NCBI GenBank assembly: GCA_030390025.1
Contig: CM059433.1
Span: forward strand, 8,434,001 to 8,498,000
Reading direction: 5' to 3'
DNA from: Squalus acanthias
Taxonomy: Eukaryota
DNA: 64,000 nt
Position numbers and translations under genes: made by a program. Positions 1 through 12,641 of this stretch are shown here, one piece after another (position 1 is the first letter of the stretch; every line of letters begins with the position of its first letter). The notes below the pieces were generated by a model. It made no database searches. It was not told the DNA's origin and saw only the letters and a list, made by a program, of their open reading frames with translations.

Positions 1-140
1 GAGGATAATTTTTTATGAACAATGCATTATTTAATCATCCTTTTAAACTGACCTTAAATCAATAACCCTCTGATGCAAAATTGAGCACATTTAATGCCAG
101 ATATATATTATAAATATATCCATATATTAAATTTTGACTA

Positions 141-562
141 TATAGAAACATAGAATCTAGGAGCAGGAGTAGGCCATTCGGCCCGTCGAGCCTGCTCCAC
201 CATTCAATACGATCATGGCTGATCATCCAAATCCAGTACCCTGTCCCTGCTTTAATCCCCACAGTACACATATCCCACCCTACCCCCTTAACCCCACGTA
301 TTTAATTCCCCCTAACATATCCCATCCTATCCCCATATATTTAATCCAACCCCTAACACTAAGGGTCAATTTATCATAGCCAAATCAACCTAACCCGCAC
401 ATTTTTGGACTGTGGGAGGAAACCGGAGCACTCGGAGGAAACCCACGCAGACACGGGGAGAATGTGCAAACTCCACACAGACAGTCACCCGAGGTCAGAT
501 TTGAACCCGGGTCCTTGGCGCTGTGAAGCACCAGTGCTAACCACTATGCCACCGTGTTGCCC
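141..562 (-). mobile_element. HE1-like V-SINE (tRNA head, V-domain, CR1-derived 3' tail)
   Basis: Reverse complement starts GGGCAACACGGTGGCATAGTGG (A box) with GGTTCAAATC (B box). Contains the V-SINE core GGGTTTCCTCCGAGTGCTCCGGTTTCCTCCCACAGTCCAAA and ends in a CR1-type tail ...CTCCTAGATTCTATGTTTCTAT. Confidence 0.85.
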
Positions 563-591
563 AATATAATTAAAGGTTACACTGCACTGAC

Positions 592-735
592 TGACCTAGC
601 TTTTGGTCACCTGTCCTAATATCTCCTCATGTGGCTCGCTGTCAAATGTTGTTTGATATTCGCTCCTGTGAAGCACCTTGGGACGTTTCACTATGTTAAA
701 GGCGCTATATAAATACAAGTTGTTCTTGTTGTTGC
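592..735 (+). mobile_element. L2 LINE 3' end
   Basis: GCTTTTGGTCACCTG...GTGAAGCACCTTGGGACG...AAAGGCGCTATATAAATACAAGTTG(TTG)n tail; same family at 22060 and 61132. Confidence 0.75.
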
Positions 736-828
736 CGTTAAAGTTAAAGTTATGATAGTGTACATTTGTCTCTCTGTCATAAAGAGTGTATTAAATGTAC
801 ACTTTATGTCACATTCAAAATTAGTATG

Positions 829-1459
829 AATTGGCTACCACTTCACGTAAATACTGTGGCAACAAGAGCAGGTCAGAGGCTGGGTATTCTGCGGAGAGTG
901 TCTCACCTCCTGACTCCCCAAAGCCTTTCCACCATCTACAAGGCACAAGTATGGAGTGTGATGGAATACTCTCCACTTGCCTGGATGAGTGCAGCTCCAA
1001 CAACACTCAGGAAGCTCGACACCATCCAGGACAAAGCAGCCCGCTTGATTGGCGCCCCACCCACCACCTTAAACATTCACTCCTCCACCACCGGCGCACC
1101 GTGGCTGCAGTGTGTACCATCTACAAGATGCACTGCAGCAACTCGCCAAGGCTTCTTCAGCAGCACCTCCCAAACCCGCAACCTCTACCCCTAGAAGGAC
1201 AAGGGCAGCAGGTGCATGGGAACACCATCACCTCCAAGTTCCCCTCCAAGTCACACACCATCCTGACTTAGAAGTATATCGCCGATCCTTCATCGTCGCT
1301 GGGTCAAAATCCTGGAACTCCCTCCCTAACAGCACTGTGGGAGCACCTTCACCACACGGACTGCAGCGGTTCAAGAAGGCGGCTCACCACCACCTTCTCA
1401 AGGGCAATTAGGGATGGGCAATAAACCACGCCCACATCCCATAAACAAATTTAAAAAAA
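829..1459 (+). mobile_element. 5'-truncated copy of the tRNA-headed CR1-group LINE (RT C-terminus, 3' UTR, A tail)
   Basis: Translates to ...LSTIYKAQVWSVMEYSPLAWMSAAPTTLRKLDTIQDKAARLIG; 3' UTR AAGGGCAATTAGGGATGGGCAATAAA followed by an A-rich tail. Confidence 0.85.
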
Positions 1460-2154
1460 CACCAACAGAAAAGAGGCGCAAAGGAGTCATTATATGAAAT
1501 TGTGCTCCCACACGGAGCCCAGCTTAACAGGAGCACATGAGGAATTGGGGGGTGTGCCCCCCACCGTTAATGGGTGTATCATTGTGCGGGCGGTGCGCTG
1601 AAAATCCTCATATAAATCGCTAACCAGCAAGACACTATACCAGGAACACAAATTCATAATGTTCGACCTTCTAGCACGCCAGTAAATGCTTTAGTACAAA
1701 CCGAAGTTGAGAGTGAGAGTAAGCGTGTCAGAATTAAAGAAAAAACTGACATTGCTTTGCTTCAAGCCTTGGTGTTCACACCCACACTACAAATTGAAGC
1801 TGTATCTAGAGCGGCTCTCGGTGGTATCCTGATATAAAACAGACTGAATACAAAATAACTTCAAACCATTAAAGTAACTGAGCACATCTTATGCATGTGC
1901 AATTGTGGGAGATTTTTTCAAAATATATATATAAAAACATTCATTTCCAAAGAACATTTAACTGCCTAAGGGGCGGAGTTGGGAATTGGGGTTGCGGGGT
2001 GGGCGGGGGGGGGGGTCTGAAATCAAGGGGCTCGAGAGTTGAGGGGAAAAAGGGAGACATGAATGGGGCCTCGGGGAATGAGGGGGACTGGGGAATGAGG
2101 GCTCTGGGAAAGAGGGGGACTGGGCAATGGGGGTTGGGGGAGAGGGAGACTGGG

Positions 2155-2712
2155 CATTGCGTAGCAACCTTTTATGTGGCACCTTATCAAATGCCTTTTG
2201 GAAATCCAAATATACCTCATCCACTGGTTCCCCTTTATCTACCCTGCTAGTTACATCCTCAAAAAACTCTAATAAATTTGTTAAACACGATTTCCCTTTC
2301 ATAAAACCATGTTGACTCTGCCTAATCATATTATGATTTTCTAAGTGCCCTGTTACCTTAATAATGGATTAAAGCATTTTCTCGACGACTGATATCAGGC
2401 TAACTGGCCTGTAGTTCCCTGTTTTCTCTCTCCCTCCTTTCTTGGATAGCGGGGTTACATTTGCTACCTTCCAGTCTGCTGGGACTGTTCTAGAATCTAG
2501 GGAATTATGGAAGATCACAACCAATGAGCATCCACTATCTCTGCAGCCACCTCTTTTAGAACCCGAGGATGTAGGCCATCAGATCCAGGAGCTTTGTCAG
2601 CTTTTAGTCCCATTAGTTTCTCAAGTACTTTTTCTCTACTGATATTAATTACTTTAAATTCCTCACTCTTATATTAGCCCCTTGGTTCCCCACTATTTTT
2701 GGTATGCTTATA
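2155..2712 (-). mobile_element. CR1 LINE ORF2 (RT) fragment
   Basis: QSQHGFMKGKSCLTNLLEFFEDVTSRVDKGEPVDEVYLDFQKAFDKVPHKRLL. Confidence 0.9.
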
Positions 2713-2794
2713 TAAAAATTATTGCCGTAATTTGACCTATCCTGAAATAAGGTAGCACACACACGCAAATATGTTCCCACAAAGGAAAAGGGTG

Positions 2795-4125
2795 GGATTC
2801 CGAAATCGCGAGCCCCCCGGATGTCAAGGGGCTTACAGGGTAGGATAAGGGGCAATAAAGGGAAGCTTATGTCAGATACCGAGAGCTCAGTACTGCAGAA
2901 AGCCTAGAGGAGTATAGAAAGTGCAAGGGTGAAATTAAAATGGAAATTAGGGAAGTAAAGAGGGCATGAAAAAATATTGGCAAGTAAAATCAAGGAAAAC
3001 CCAAAGATGATTTAAAAATACATAAAGAGCCAGAGGATAACTATTAGACACCAAAAAGGTAACCTGTGTGTGGAGGCGGAAGACGTGGGTATGGTTCGTA
3101 ATGAATACTTTGCGGCTGTCTTCAGAAAAAAGAGAGGTGATGCAGACATTGTAGTTAAGGAGGAGGAGTGTGAAATATTAGATGAGATAAACGTAGTGAG
3201 AGAGGAAATGTTCAGGGGTTTAGTATCTTTGAAAGTAGATAAATCGCCAGACCGGATGAAATGTATCTCAGGCTATTAAGAGAAGAAAGGGAGGAAATAG
3301 CGGAGGCGCTGACCATCATTTTCCAATCCTCTCTGGCTACAGGTGTGGTGCTGGAGGACTGCTAACGTGGTTCCATTGTTTAAAAAGGGAGAAAGGGGTA
3401 GACTGAGCAATTACAGGCCAGTCAGCCTAACCTTGACGGTGAGCAAATTATTGGAAACATTTCTGAGGGGCAGTATTAATCGTCATTTAGAAAGGCACGG
3501 ATTAATCAAGGACAGTCAGCATGGATTTGTTAAGGGAAGGTCGTATCTGACTAACTTGATTGCATTTTTGGAGGAGAGAACAAGGAGGGTCGATGAGGGT
3601 AGTGCATTTGATGTAGTCTATATGGATTTTAGCAAGGCTTTTGACAAGGTCCCACATGGCAGAAAAATAAAACCCATGGGATCCAAGGGAAAGTGGCAAG
3701 TTGGATCCAAAATTGGCTCAGTGGCAACAAGAAAAGGGTAATGGTCGACGGGTATTTTGTGGCTGTTTCCAGTGGGGTTCCACAGTGCTCAGTACTCGGT
3801 CACTTGCTTTTTGTGGCATATATAAGTAATTTAGAGTTCAATGTAAAGTGTTTGATTAAGAAGTTTGCAGATGATACAAATATTGGCCGTGTGGTTGATA
3901 GTGAGGAAGAAAGCTGTATACTGCAGAAAGATATCAATGGACTGGTCAGGTGGGCAGAAAAGTGGCAAATGGAATTCAATCTGGAGAAGTGTGAGGTAAT
4001 GCATTTGGGGAGGGCTAACAAGGCAAGGGAATACACAATAAATGGTAGAATACTGAGCAGTGTAGAGGAACAGAGGGACTAGAGTACTGCGTGCAGTTCT
4101 GGTCACCACATCACAGGAAAGATGT
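2795..4125 (+). mobile_element. Decayed CR1 LINE ORF2 fragment (second subfamily)
   Basis: WRTANVVPLFKKG..NYRPVSLT, SQHGFVKGRS, DFSKAFDKVPH, SGVPQCSVLG, KFADDT; frameshifted. Confidence 0.9.
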
Positions 4126-4447
4126 GGGCCGCAAATTTAATTCTGGAGGCGGGATGGGGGCGGGTCAGCTGGTTTCCGTGTTGCGGTCCCGCCCCCAGCT
4201 GCCTCCGCTCTGCAGACATGATTTTCCCTTGATTGACCTTGTTAAGCCCCGCCCTACCGGCCAATTAACAGGAAGCGGGTCTGGTGATGTCATTGGATGA
4301 CGCGTCCCTTAAAGGGACCACGCACAATTTTATTTTGACAGTTGATCTGTCAGCGTTTGACTGCATTGAGGTGCTGCAAACACTCACAATCACTGCACAA
4401 AGGTGAGCGCTTTCACCCAGGCTCTCCAATGATTCCCTCCATAGGCT
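4126..4447 (+). mobile_element. 5' end of a PIF/Harbinger-like element
   Basis: Homologous to 28587-28930 (CCTTAAAGGGACC..TTTTGACAGTTG..GCATTGAGGTGCTGCAAACACT); starts GGGCCGCAAATTT. Confidence 0.6.
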
Positions 4448-4668
4448 TATACCCCGAGATCCCTTCGCACCTCTACCCCATTTAGACTCTTATTTTCCAA
4501 GGAGTCGGTCGCCTCCTTATTCCTCCGACCAAAATGCACCACCTCACACTTATCTGCATAGAAATTAATTTGTCATTTACATGCCGGTTCTGCAACTTCG
4601 TTTACGGTAAAATTAACATCACTTTCCCGTATATTTTTCTGGCTTTAAACAATTTTCCGAATTTTAAA

Positions 4669-6204
4669 GAATGGGGGCTGGGGGAGAGAGGGAGACTGGG
4701 GAATGAGGGCTCTGGGAAAGAGGGGGACTGGGCAATGGGGGTTGGGGGAGAGGGAGACTGGGCAATGGGGGCTGGGGAGAGGGAGACTGGGCAATGGGGG
4801 CTGGGGGAGAGGTAGACTGGGGAATGGGGGCTCGGGGAAAGATGGAGACTGGGGAATGGGAGCTGGGGGAAAGAGATAGAGACTGGGCAATGGGAGCTCA
4901 GGAGAGATATGGAGACTGGGAAATGGGGGCTCGGGGGAGAGGTAGACTGGGGAATGGGGGCTCGGGGGAAAGATGGAGACTGGGGAATGGGGGCTCGGGG
5001 AAAGAGATAGAGACTGGGCAATGGGAGCTCAGGAGAGATATGGAGACTGGGAAATGGGGGCTCGGGGGAGAGATGTAGTGGGGAATGGGGGCTCGGGGAG
5101 ATATGGAGGCTGTGGAATGGGGGCTGGGGGAAAGAGATAGAGACTGGGCGATGGGAACTTGGGGAGAGAGATGGAGACTGTGGAATGGGGGCTCAGGGAG
5201 AGAGATGAAGACTGGGGAATGGGGGCTCAGGGAGAGAGATGGAGACTGTGGAATGGGGGCTCGGGGAGAGAGATGGCCATTGGGGAATGGGGGCTCGGGG
5301 AGAGAGATGGACACTGGGGAATGGGGGCTCGGGGAGAGAGATGGAGGCTGTGGAATGGGGGCTCAAGGAGAGAGATGGAGACTGTGGAATGGGGGCTTGG
5401 GGAGAGAGATGTAGTGGGGAATGGGGGCTCGGGGAGAGAGATGGAGACTGTGGAATGGGGGCTTGGGGAGAGAGATGTAGTGGGGAATGGGGGCTCGGGG
5501 AGAGAGATGGAGACTGTGGAATGGGGGCTTGGGGAGAGAGATGTAGTGGGGAATGGGGGCTCGGGGAGAGAGATGGAGACTGTGGAATGGGGGCTCGGGG
5601 AGAGAGATGTAGTGGGGAATGGGGGCTCGGGGAGATATGGAGGCTGTGGAATGGGGGCTTGGGGAGAGAGATGTAGTGGGGAATGGGGGCTCGGGGAGAG
5701 AGATGGAGACTGTGGAATGGGGGCTCGGGGAGAGAGATGTAGTGGGGAATGGGGGCTCGGGGAGATATGGAGGTTGTGGAATGGGAGCTCAGGGGAGAGA
5801 TGGAGACTGTGGAATGGGGGCTTGGGGAGAGAGATGGAGACTGTGGAATGGGTGCTCGGGGAGAGATGGAATGGGGGCTCGGGGAGAGAGATGGAGACTG
5901 TGGAATGGGTGCTCGGGGAGAGATGGAATGGGGGCTCGGGGAGAGAGATGGAGACTGGGCAATGGAGGTTCGGGGAGAGAGATGGAGACTTGGCAATGGG
6001 GGCTCTGGGAGAGAGATGGAGACTTGGCAATGGGGGCTCGGGGAGAGAGATGGAGACTGGGCAATGGGGGCTCGGGGAGAGAGATGGAGACTGGGCAATG
6101 GGGGCTCGGGGAGAGAGATGGAGACTGGGCAATGGGGGCTCGGGGAGAGAGATGGAGACTGGACAATAGGGGCTCGGGAGAGAGATGGAGACTGGGCAAT
6201 GGGC
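4669..6204. repeat. G-rich minisatellite, ~33-35 bp units (GGGGAGAGAGATGGAGACTGGGCAATGGGGGCTC and variants)
   Basis: Visible tandem repetition; related units also at ~2060-2156. Confidence 0.95.
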
Positions 6205-6256
6205 TGAGCGAGTGGCCCAGTATTTGCTGCAGGTTCGGAGCAGCAGCAGCAGCAAC

Positions 6257-6301
6257 ATGGTGAATTGGTGTGACACTGAGAGAGGAGCAGCCAGTAAAGG
6301 G
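6257..6301 (+). CDS. Candidate first coding exon (MVNWCDTERGAASKG), product unknown
   Basis: Strong Kozak context CAACATGG, 15 open codons, then GG|GTGAGT donor. No homology recognised and no downstream exon found. Confidence 0.25.
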
Positions 6302-7173
6302 GTGAGTGAATTCTGGGGACCTTACTGTGGGTAAATAGTGAAAGATTGTTTCCACTGGTGGGCGAATGGGAATTAGGGAAAGGAAATCAAGGAAGAAACA
6401 AGGGGATGGGGAGGAGGAAGGTTCTTAATCTGAGGGCTGTTAGACCATGGGATCCTTCACCACATGAGGCTATAGCGGTAAATAGCCAGCTCGGTGTCAT
6501 ACGTTGTTTGATTACGCTCCTGTGAAGCGCCTTGCGACATTTTATTACTTTAAAGGCGCTAATAAATGCGAATTGTTGCTTTTTGGTGTTTGTTGGGGGA
6601 AAAATTCGCTAGCGACCATTTTGGGGCGCTAACATCGCCTGGGCGCTAAACGAAAAGTAGCACCGGCGATCGCTAAATTCAGTTTTAGCGCCACAAGAGG
6701 GAGGTGGAGCATTAATTCAAGCGCTCCACTTCCGTCTTAGAGCGCTAACCCCGAATATCGGGGCGGTGCGTTCTGCAGCGCTGCGCAACATAGCGCTGCC
6801 GCTTGGAGGGGCTCCTCCCCTCATTAAAGGGGAGGGCCCTGAGCCCACAACTCTGCAGGGGCCCCACCTGGACCACCTGGAGTGCCGGGCCGCCAGATCG
6901 CGGCACCGACCCCGCGTTCAAAGACGCAACGGGCCGCGACAAGTAAGTTGGCCGATTTTTTTTTCCCGCCTGCCGCCTCCCCTTTAGTTAGCGCCCCGCG
7001 AGCCCCCTGCCGCTCTGTTCCTACCCCCTGAATCGAGCACTGTCATCGCCCGGTGCAGATTCAGGGGGCGCGGGCCAATTCTGCAGACCGGGCGAAAACG
7101 AGGCGCTGTGCACGGTGATGACGTCGTCATCGCTACGCAGTGGAGTGGGGCGCTACCGGTTACCGCCACCGCT

Positions 7174-7487
7174 AAATAATGACCAGATAATCTGTTTTTG
7201 TTATGTTGATTGAGAGATAAATATTGGCCAGGACACCAGGGATAACTCCCCTGCTCTTCTTCAAAATAGTAGCCCATGGGATCTTTTATATCCGCCTGAG
7301 AGAGCAGACGGGGCCTCGGTTTAACGTCTCCTCCGAAAGACAGGCACCTCTGACAGTCCGGCACTCCCTCAGCACTGCACTGGGAGTGTCAGCCTAGATT
7401 TTTATGCTCAAGTCCTGGAGTGGGGACTTGAACCCACAACCTTCTGACTCAGAGGCAAGGGTGCTACCCAATGAGCCACCGGCTGAC
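7174..7487 (-). mobile_element. DeuSINE/SacSINE1-like tRNA SINE (3'-truncated)
   Basis: Minus strand GTGGCTCATTGGGTAGC..GGGTTCAAGTCC head plus Deu-domain-like CTTTCGGAGGAGACGTTAAACCGAGGCCC. Confidence 0.8.
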
Positions 7488-7973
7488 CTTTCAAAGGGGA
7501 TGGGATAAATATTTGATCATGTGATCAGATGGCACGTGGTCAGAATGCCACATGATCAAAACTCTAGGACTGCCGCCAACCAGAGTTGACAACCCTATGA
7601 GGAAGCCTTGGGTCTCCATTGCCTCTGGCACCCCCACTCCCCATCCCCGCTCCCCACCACTTATTTGACTGCCAGGGATCGTTTCCACAGGTCCCTGGCT
7701 GCGGCCTTCTGCCTGCGAGTCCCCGCTCCCACCCACTAGTCAGCTAATGGAACTGGCCTGGTTTGGACGGGACTCTGGGAAAAGTTATGGAAATGAGAAC
7801 CGGTGGAAGATCGGGGGGGGGCCTCCAATGAGCTTCACAATGAGTTACTTTTTGTAAAGCAGTTCAAGTGTATCAACATGAAAGGTGCTATATGAATGTC
7901 ACGCATTATTAGGTTATTCCTACATCCTCTTTTTTTTTGCGACTTTAACATGACTCAGTTACAGATTATTAAG

Positions 7974-9420
7974 AAGAACATAAGAACATAAGAAATAGGA
8001 GCAGGAGTAGGCCATACGGCCCCTCGACCCTGCTCCACCATTCAATAAGATCATGGCTGATCATCGACCTCAACTCCACTTTCCTGCCCGATCTCCATGT
8101 CCCTTGATTCCCCTAGAGTCCAAAAATCTATCGATCTCAGCCTTGAATATACTCAAAGACTCAGCATTCACAGCCCTCTGGGGCAGAGAATTCCAAAGAT
8201 TCACAACCCTCCGAGTGAAGAAATTCCTCCTCATCTCGGTCTTAAATGGCCGACCCCTTATCCTGAGGCGATGCCCCCAGTTCTGGACTCTCCAGCCAGG
8301 TGATACAAGCTCTCAGCATCTACCCTGTCTATTCCCTTCAGAATCTTGTATCTTTCAATGAGATCACCTCTCATTCTTCTAAACTCCAGAGAGTTTAGGC
8401 CTCTAAGGCATGTATGTCCTTTCTTAGATAAGGAGACCAAAACTGTGCACAGTACTCCAGGTGTGGTCTCACCAAGGCCCTGTACAATTGTAGCAAGTCT
8501 TCCTTACTCTTGTACTCCAAACTCCTTGCAATAAAGGCCAACATGTCATTTGCCTTCCTTATTGCTTGCTGTACCTGCATGCTAACTTTCTGTGTTTCCC
8601 ATACGAGGACACCTAAATCTCTCTGAACACCAACATTTAATAGTTTCTCACCATTTAAAAAATATTCTGTTTTTCTATTCTTCCTATCAAAGTGAATAAC
8701 CTCACATTTCCCCACATTATACTTCATCTGCCACTGTATTGCCCACTCACTTAAGCTATCTATATCCCTTTGCAGGCTCTTTGTGTCTTCCTCACAGCTT
8801 ACTGTCCCACCTAGCTTTGTATCGTCAGCAAACTTGGATACACTGCACTTGGTCCCTTCATCTAAGTCATTGCATAGCAACCTTTTATGTGGCACCTTAT
8901 CAAATGCCTTTTGGAAATCCAAATATACCTCATCCACTGGTTCCCCTTTATCTACCCTGCTAGTTACATCCTCAAAAATCTCTAATAAATTTGTTAAACA
9001 CCATTTCCCTTTCATAAAACCATGTTGACTCTGCCTAATCATATTATGATTTTCTAAGTGCCCTGTTACCTTAATAATGGATTAAAGCATTTTCTCGACG
9101 ACTGATGTCAGGCTAACTGGCCTGTAGTTCCCTGTTTTCTCTCTCCCTCCTTTCTTGGATAGCGGGGTTACATTTGCTACCTTCCAGTCTGCTGGGACTG
9201 TTCTAGAATCTAGGGAATTATGGAAGATCACAACCAATGAGCATCCACTATCTCTGCAGCCACCTCTTTTAGAACCCGAGGATGTAGGCCGTCAGATCCA
9301 GGAGCTTTGTCTGCTTTTAGTCCCATTAGTTTCTCAAGTACTTTTTCTCTACTGATATTAATTACTTTAAATTCCTCACTCTTATATTAGCCCCTTGGTT
9401 CCCCACTATTTTTGGTATGC
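7974..9420 (-). mobile_element. CR1 LINE 3' portion with internal deletions
   Basis: ORF 8395-9042 has RT motifs ([25 protein letters not shown]); (TTCTTATG)n tail. Confidence 0.92.
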
Positions 9421-9477
9421 TTATAAGTACCTTATATAAAAATTATTGCCGTAATTTGACCTTTCCTGAAATAAGGT

Positions 9478-9511
<34 letters not shown>

Positions 9512-11424
9512 AATATGTTCCCACAAAGGAAAAGGGTGGGATTCCGAAATCTCGAGCCCCCCGGATGTCAAGGGGCTTACAGGGTAGGATAAGGGGCAAA
9601 AAAGGGAAGCTTATGTCAGATACCGAGAGCTCAGTACTGCAGAAAGCCTAGAGGAGTATAGAAAGTGCAAGGGTGAAATTAAAATGGAAATTAGGGAAGT
9701 AAAGAGGGCATGAAAAAATATTGGCAAGTAAAATCAAGGAAAACCCAAAGATGATTTATAAATACATAAAGAGCCAGAGGATAACTAAAGAAAGAGCAGG
9801 GCCTATTAGAGACCAAAAAGGTAACCTGTGTGTGGAGGCGGAAGACGTGGGTATGGTTCGTAATGAATACTTTGCGGCTGTCTTCAGAAAAAAGAGAGGT
9901 GATGCAGACATTGTAGTTAAGGAGGAGGAGTGTGAAATATTAGATGAGATAAACGTAGTGAGAGAGGAAATGTTCAGGGGTTTAGTATCTTTGAAAGTAG
10001 ATAAATCGCCAGACCGGATGAAATGTATCTCAGGCTATTAAGAGAAGAAAGGGAGGAAATAGCGGAGGCGCTGACCATCATTTTCCAATCCTCTCTGGCT
10101 ACAGGTGTGGTGCTGGAGGACTGCTAACGTGGTACCATTGTTTAAAAAGGGAGAAAGGGGTAGACTGAGCAATTACAGGCCAGTCAGCCTAACCTTGACG
10201 GTGAGCAGATTATTGGAAAAATTTCTGTGGGACAGTATTAATCGTCATTTAGAAAGGCATGGATTAATCAAGGACAGTCAGCATGGATTGTTAAGGGAAG
10301 GTCGTATCTGACTAACTTGATTGAATTTTTTGAGGAGAGAACAAGGAGGGTCGATGAGGGTAGTGCGTTTGATGTAGTCTATATGGATTTAACAAGGCTT
10401 TTGACAAGGTCCCACATGGCAGAAAAATAAAAGCCCATGGGATCCAAGGGAAAGTGGCAAGTTGGATCCAAAATTGGCTTAGTGGCAACAAGAAAAGGGT
10501 AATGGTCGACGGGTATTTTGTGGCTGTTTCCAGTGGGGTTCCACAGTGCTCAGTACTCGGTCACTTGCTTTTTGTGGCATATATAAGTAATTTAGAGTTC
10601 AATGTAAAGGGTTTGATTAAGAAGTTTGCAGATGATACAAATATTGGCCGTGTGGTTGATAGTGAGGAAGAAAGCTGTAGTCTGCAGGAAGATATCAATG
10701 GACTGGTCAGGTGGGCAGAAAAGTGGCATATGGAATTCAATCTGGAGAAGTGTGAGGTAATGCATTTGGGGAGGGCTAACAAGGCAAGGGAATACACAAT
10801 AAATGGTAGAATACTGAGCAGTGTAGAGGAACAGAGGGACTAGAGTACTGCGTGCAGTTCTGGTCACCACATCACAGGAAAGATGTGGGCCGCAAATTTA
10901 ATTCTGGAGGCGGGATGGGGGCGGGTCAGCTGGTTTCCGTGTTGCGGTCCCGCCCCCAGCTGCCTCCGCTCTGCAGACATGATTTTCCCTTGATTGACCT
11001 TGTTAAGCCCCGCCCTACCGGCCAATTAACAGGAAGCGGGTCTGGTGATGTCATTGGATGACGCGTCCCTTAAAGGGACCACGCACAATTTTATTTTGAC
11101 AGTTGATCTGTCAGCGTTTGACTGCATTGAGGTGCTGCAAACACTCACAATCACTGCACAAAGGTGAGCGCTTTCACCCAGGCTCTCCAATGATTCCCTC
11201 CATAGGCTTATACCCCGAGATCCCTTCGCACCTCTACCCCATTTAGACTCTTATTTTCCAAGGAGTCGGTCGCCTCCTTATTCCTCCGACCAAAATGCAC
11301 CACCTTACACTTATCTGCATAGAAATTAATTTGTCATTTACATGCCGGTTCTGCAACTTTGTTTACGGTAAAATTAACATCACTTTCCCGTATTTTTCTC
11401 CGGCTTTAAACAATTTTCCGAATT
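8868..11424. repeat. Local duplication, copy 2
   Basis: Matches 2155-4663; differs by substitutions, an 11-bp and an 18-bp indel and a longer (CA)n. Confidence 0.95.
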
Positions 11425-11709
11425 AAAAAAAACCCTCATATTTTTGTTTCTGACAAAGGCAACCTGTGTTGCCCCCCAGGCGGTTTGAATTCTTCAGCAG
11501 ACAGATATGTTAATTGGGTCGGCCTGTAGAAAGTGAGGTGCCTGAACATTTTTAAAAATATAAACCTGACGCCAGAAATCTGACTTTCAAAAGTAAGCTC
11601 CAGTTTTTCCCACTTTTTATGTTATTAAAGTTTTTTATGAACTTTCATCGGCAACAAGACTAAAACCATAAATCCACCCCTGGTGCAATATTGGATTTAT
11701 TAAAAAGAA

Positions 11710-12641
11710 TGGCCCCACTCAGGATTGGCCCCGCTCAGGATTGGCCCCGCTCAGGACTGGCCCCGCTCAGGACTGGCCCCGCGCAGGACTGGCCCCGCTC
11801 AGGACTGGCCCCGCTCAGGATTGGCCCCGCTCAGGACTGGCCCCGCTCAGGACTGGACCCGCTCAGGATTGGCCCCGCTCATGACTGGCCCCGCGCAGGA
11901 ATGGCCCCGCTCAGGATTGGCCCCGCTCAGGACTGGCCCCGCTCAGGACTGGCCCCGCTCAGGAATAGCCCCGCTCAGGATTGGCCCAGCTCAGGACTGG
12001 CCCCGCTCAGGATTGGCCCCGCTCAGGATTGGCCCCGCTCAGGACTGGCCCCGCGCAGGAATGGCCCCGCTCAGGATTGGCCCCGCTCAGGACTGGCCCC
12101 GCTCAGGACTGGCCCCGCTCAGGACTGGCCCCGCTCAGGACTGGCCCCGCGCAGGAATGGCCCCGCTCAGGACTGGCCCCGCTCAGGATTGGCCCCGCTC
12201 AGGACTGGCCCCGCTCAGGACTGGACCCGCTCAGGACTGGCCCCGCTCAGGACTGGACCCGCTCAGGATTGGCCCCGCTCATGACTGGCCCCGCGCAGGA
12301 ATGGCCCCGCTCAGGATTGGCCCCGCTCAGGACTGGCCCCGCTCAGGACTGGCCCCGCTCAGGAATAGCCCCGCTCAGGATTGGCCCAGCTCAGGACTGG
12401 CCCCGCTCAGGATTGGCCCCGCTCAGGATTGGCCCCGCTCAGGACTGGCCCCGCGCAGGAATGGCCCCGCTCAGGATTGGCCCCGCTCAGGATTGGCCCC
12501 GCTCAGGACTGGCCCCGCTCAGGACTGGCCCCGCTCAGGACTGGCCCCGCTCAGGACTGGCCCCGCTCAGGATTGGCCCCGCTCAGGACTGGCCCCGCTC
12601 AGGATTGGCCCCGCTCAGGACTGGCCCCGCTCAGGATTGGC
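11710..12641. repeat. 16-bp GC-rich minisatellite (TGGCCCCGCTCAGGAY), ~58 units
   Basis: Direct tandem repetition; produces the 16-aa periodic ORFs in three frames. Confidence 0.97.

Larger units (their letters stand above)
2155..4663. repeat. Local duplication, copy 1 (CR1 minus + CR1 plus + Harbinger end + CR1 minus)
   Basis: Near-identical to 8868-11424, including all internal junctions between unrelated repeats. Confidence 0.95.

Noticed and set aside
4534..6355. Long Gly/Trp/Glu- and Pro/Ser-rich ORFs on both strands
   Set aside because: Read-through of a stop-poor G-rich minisatellite, open in most frames.
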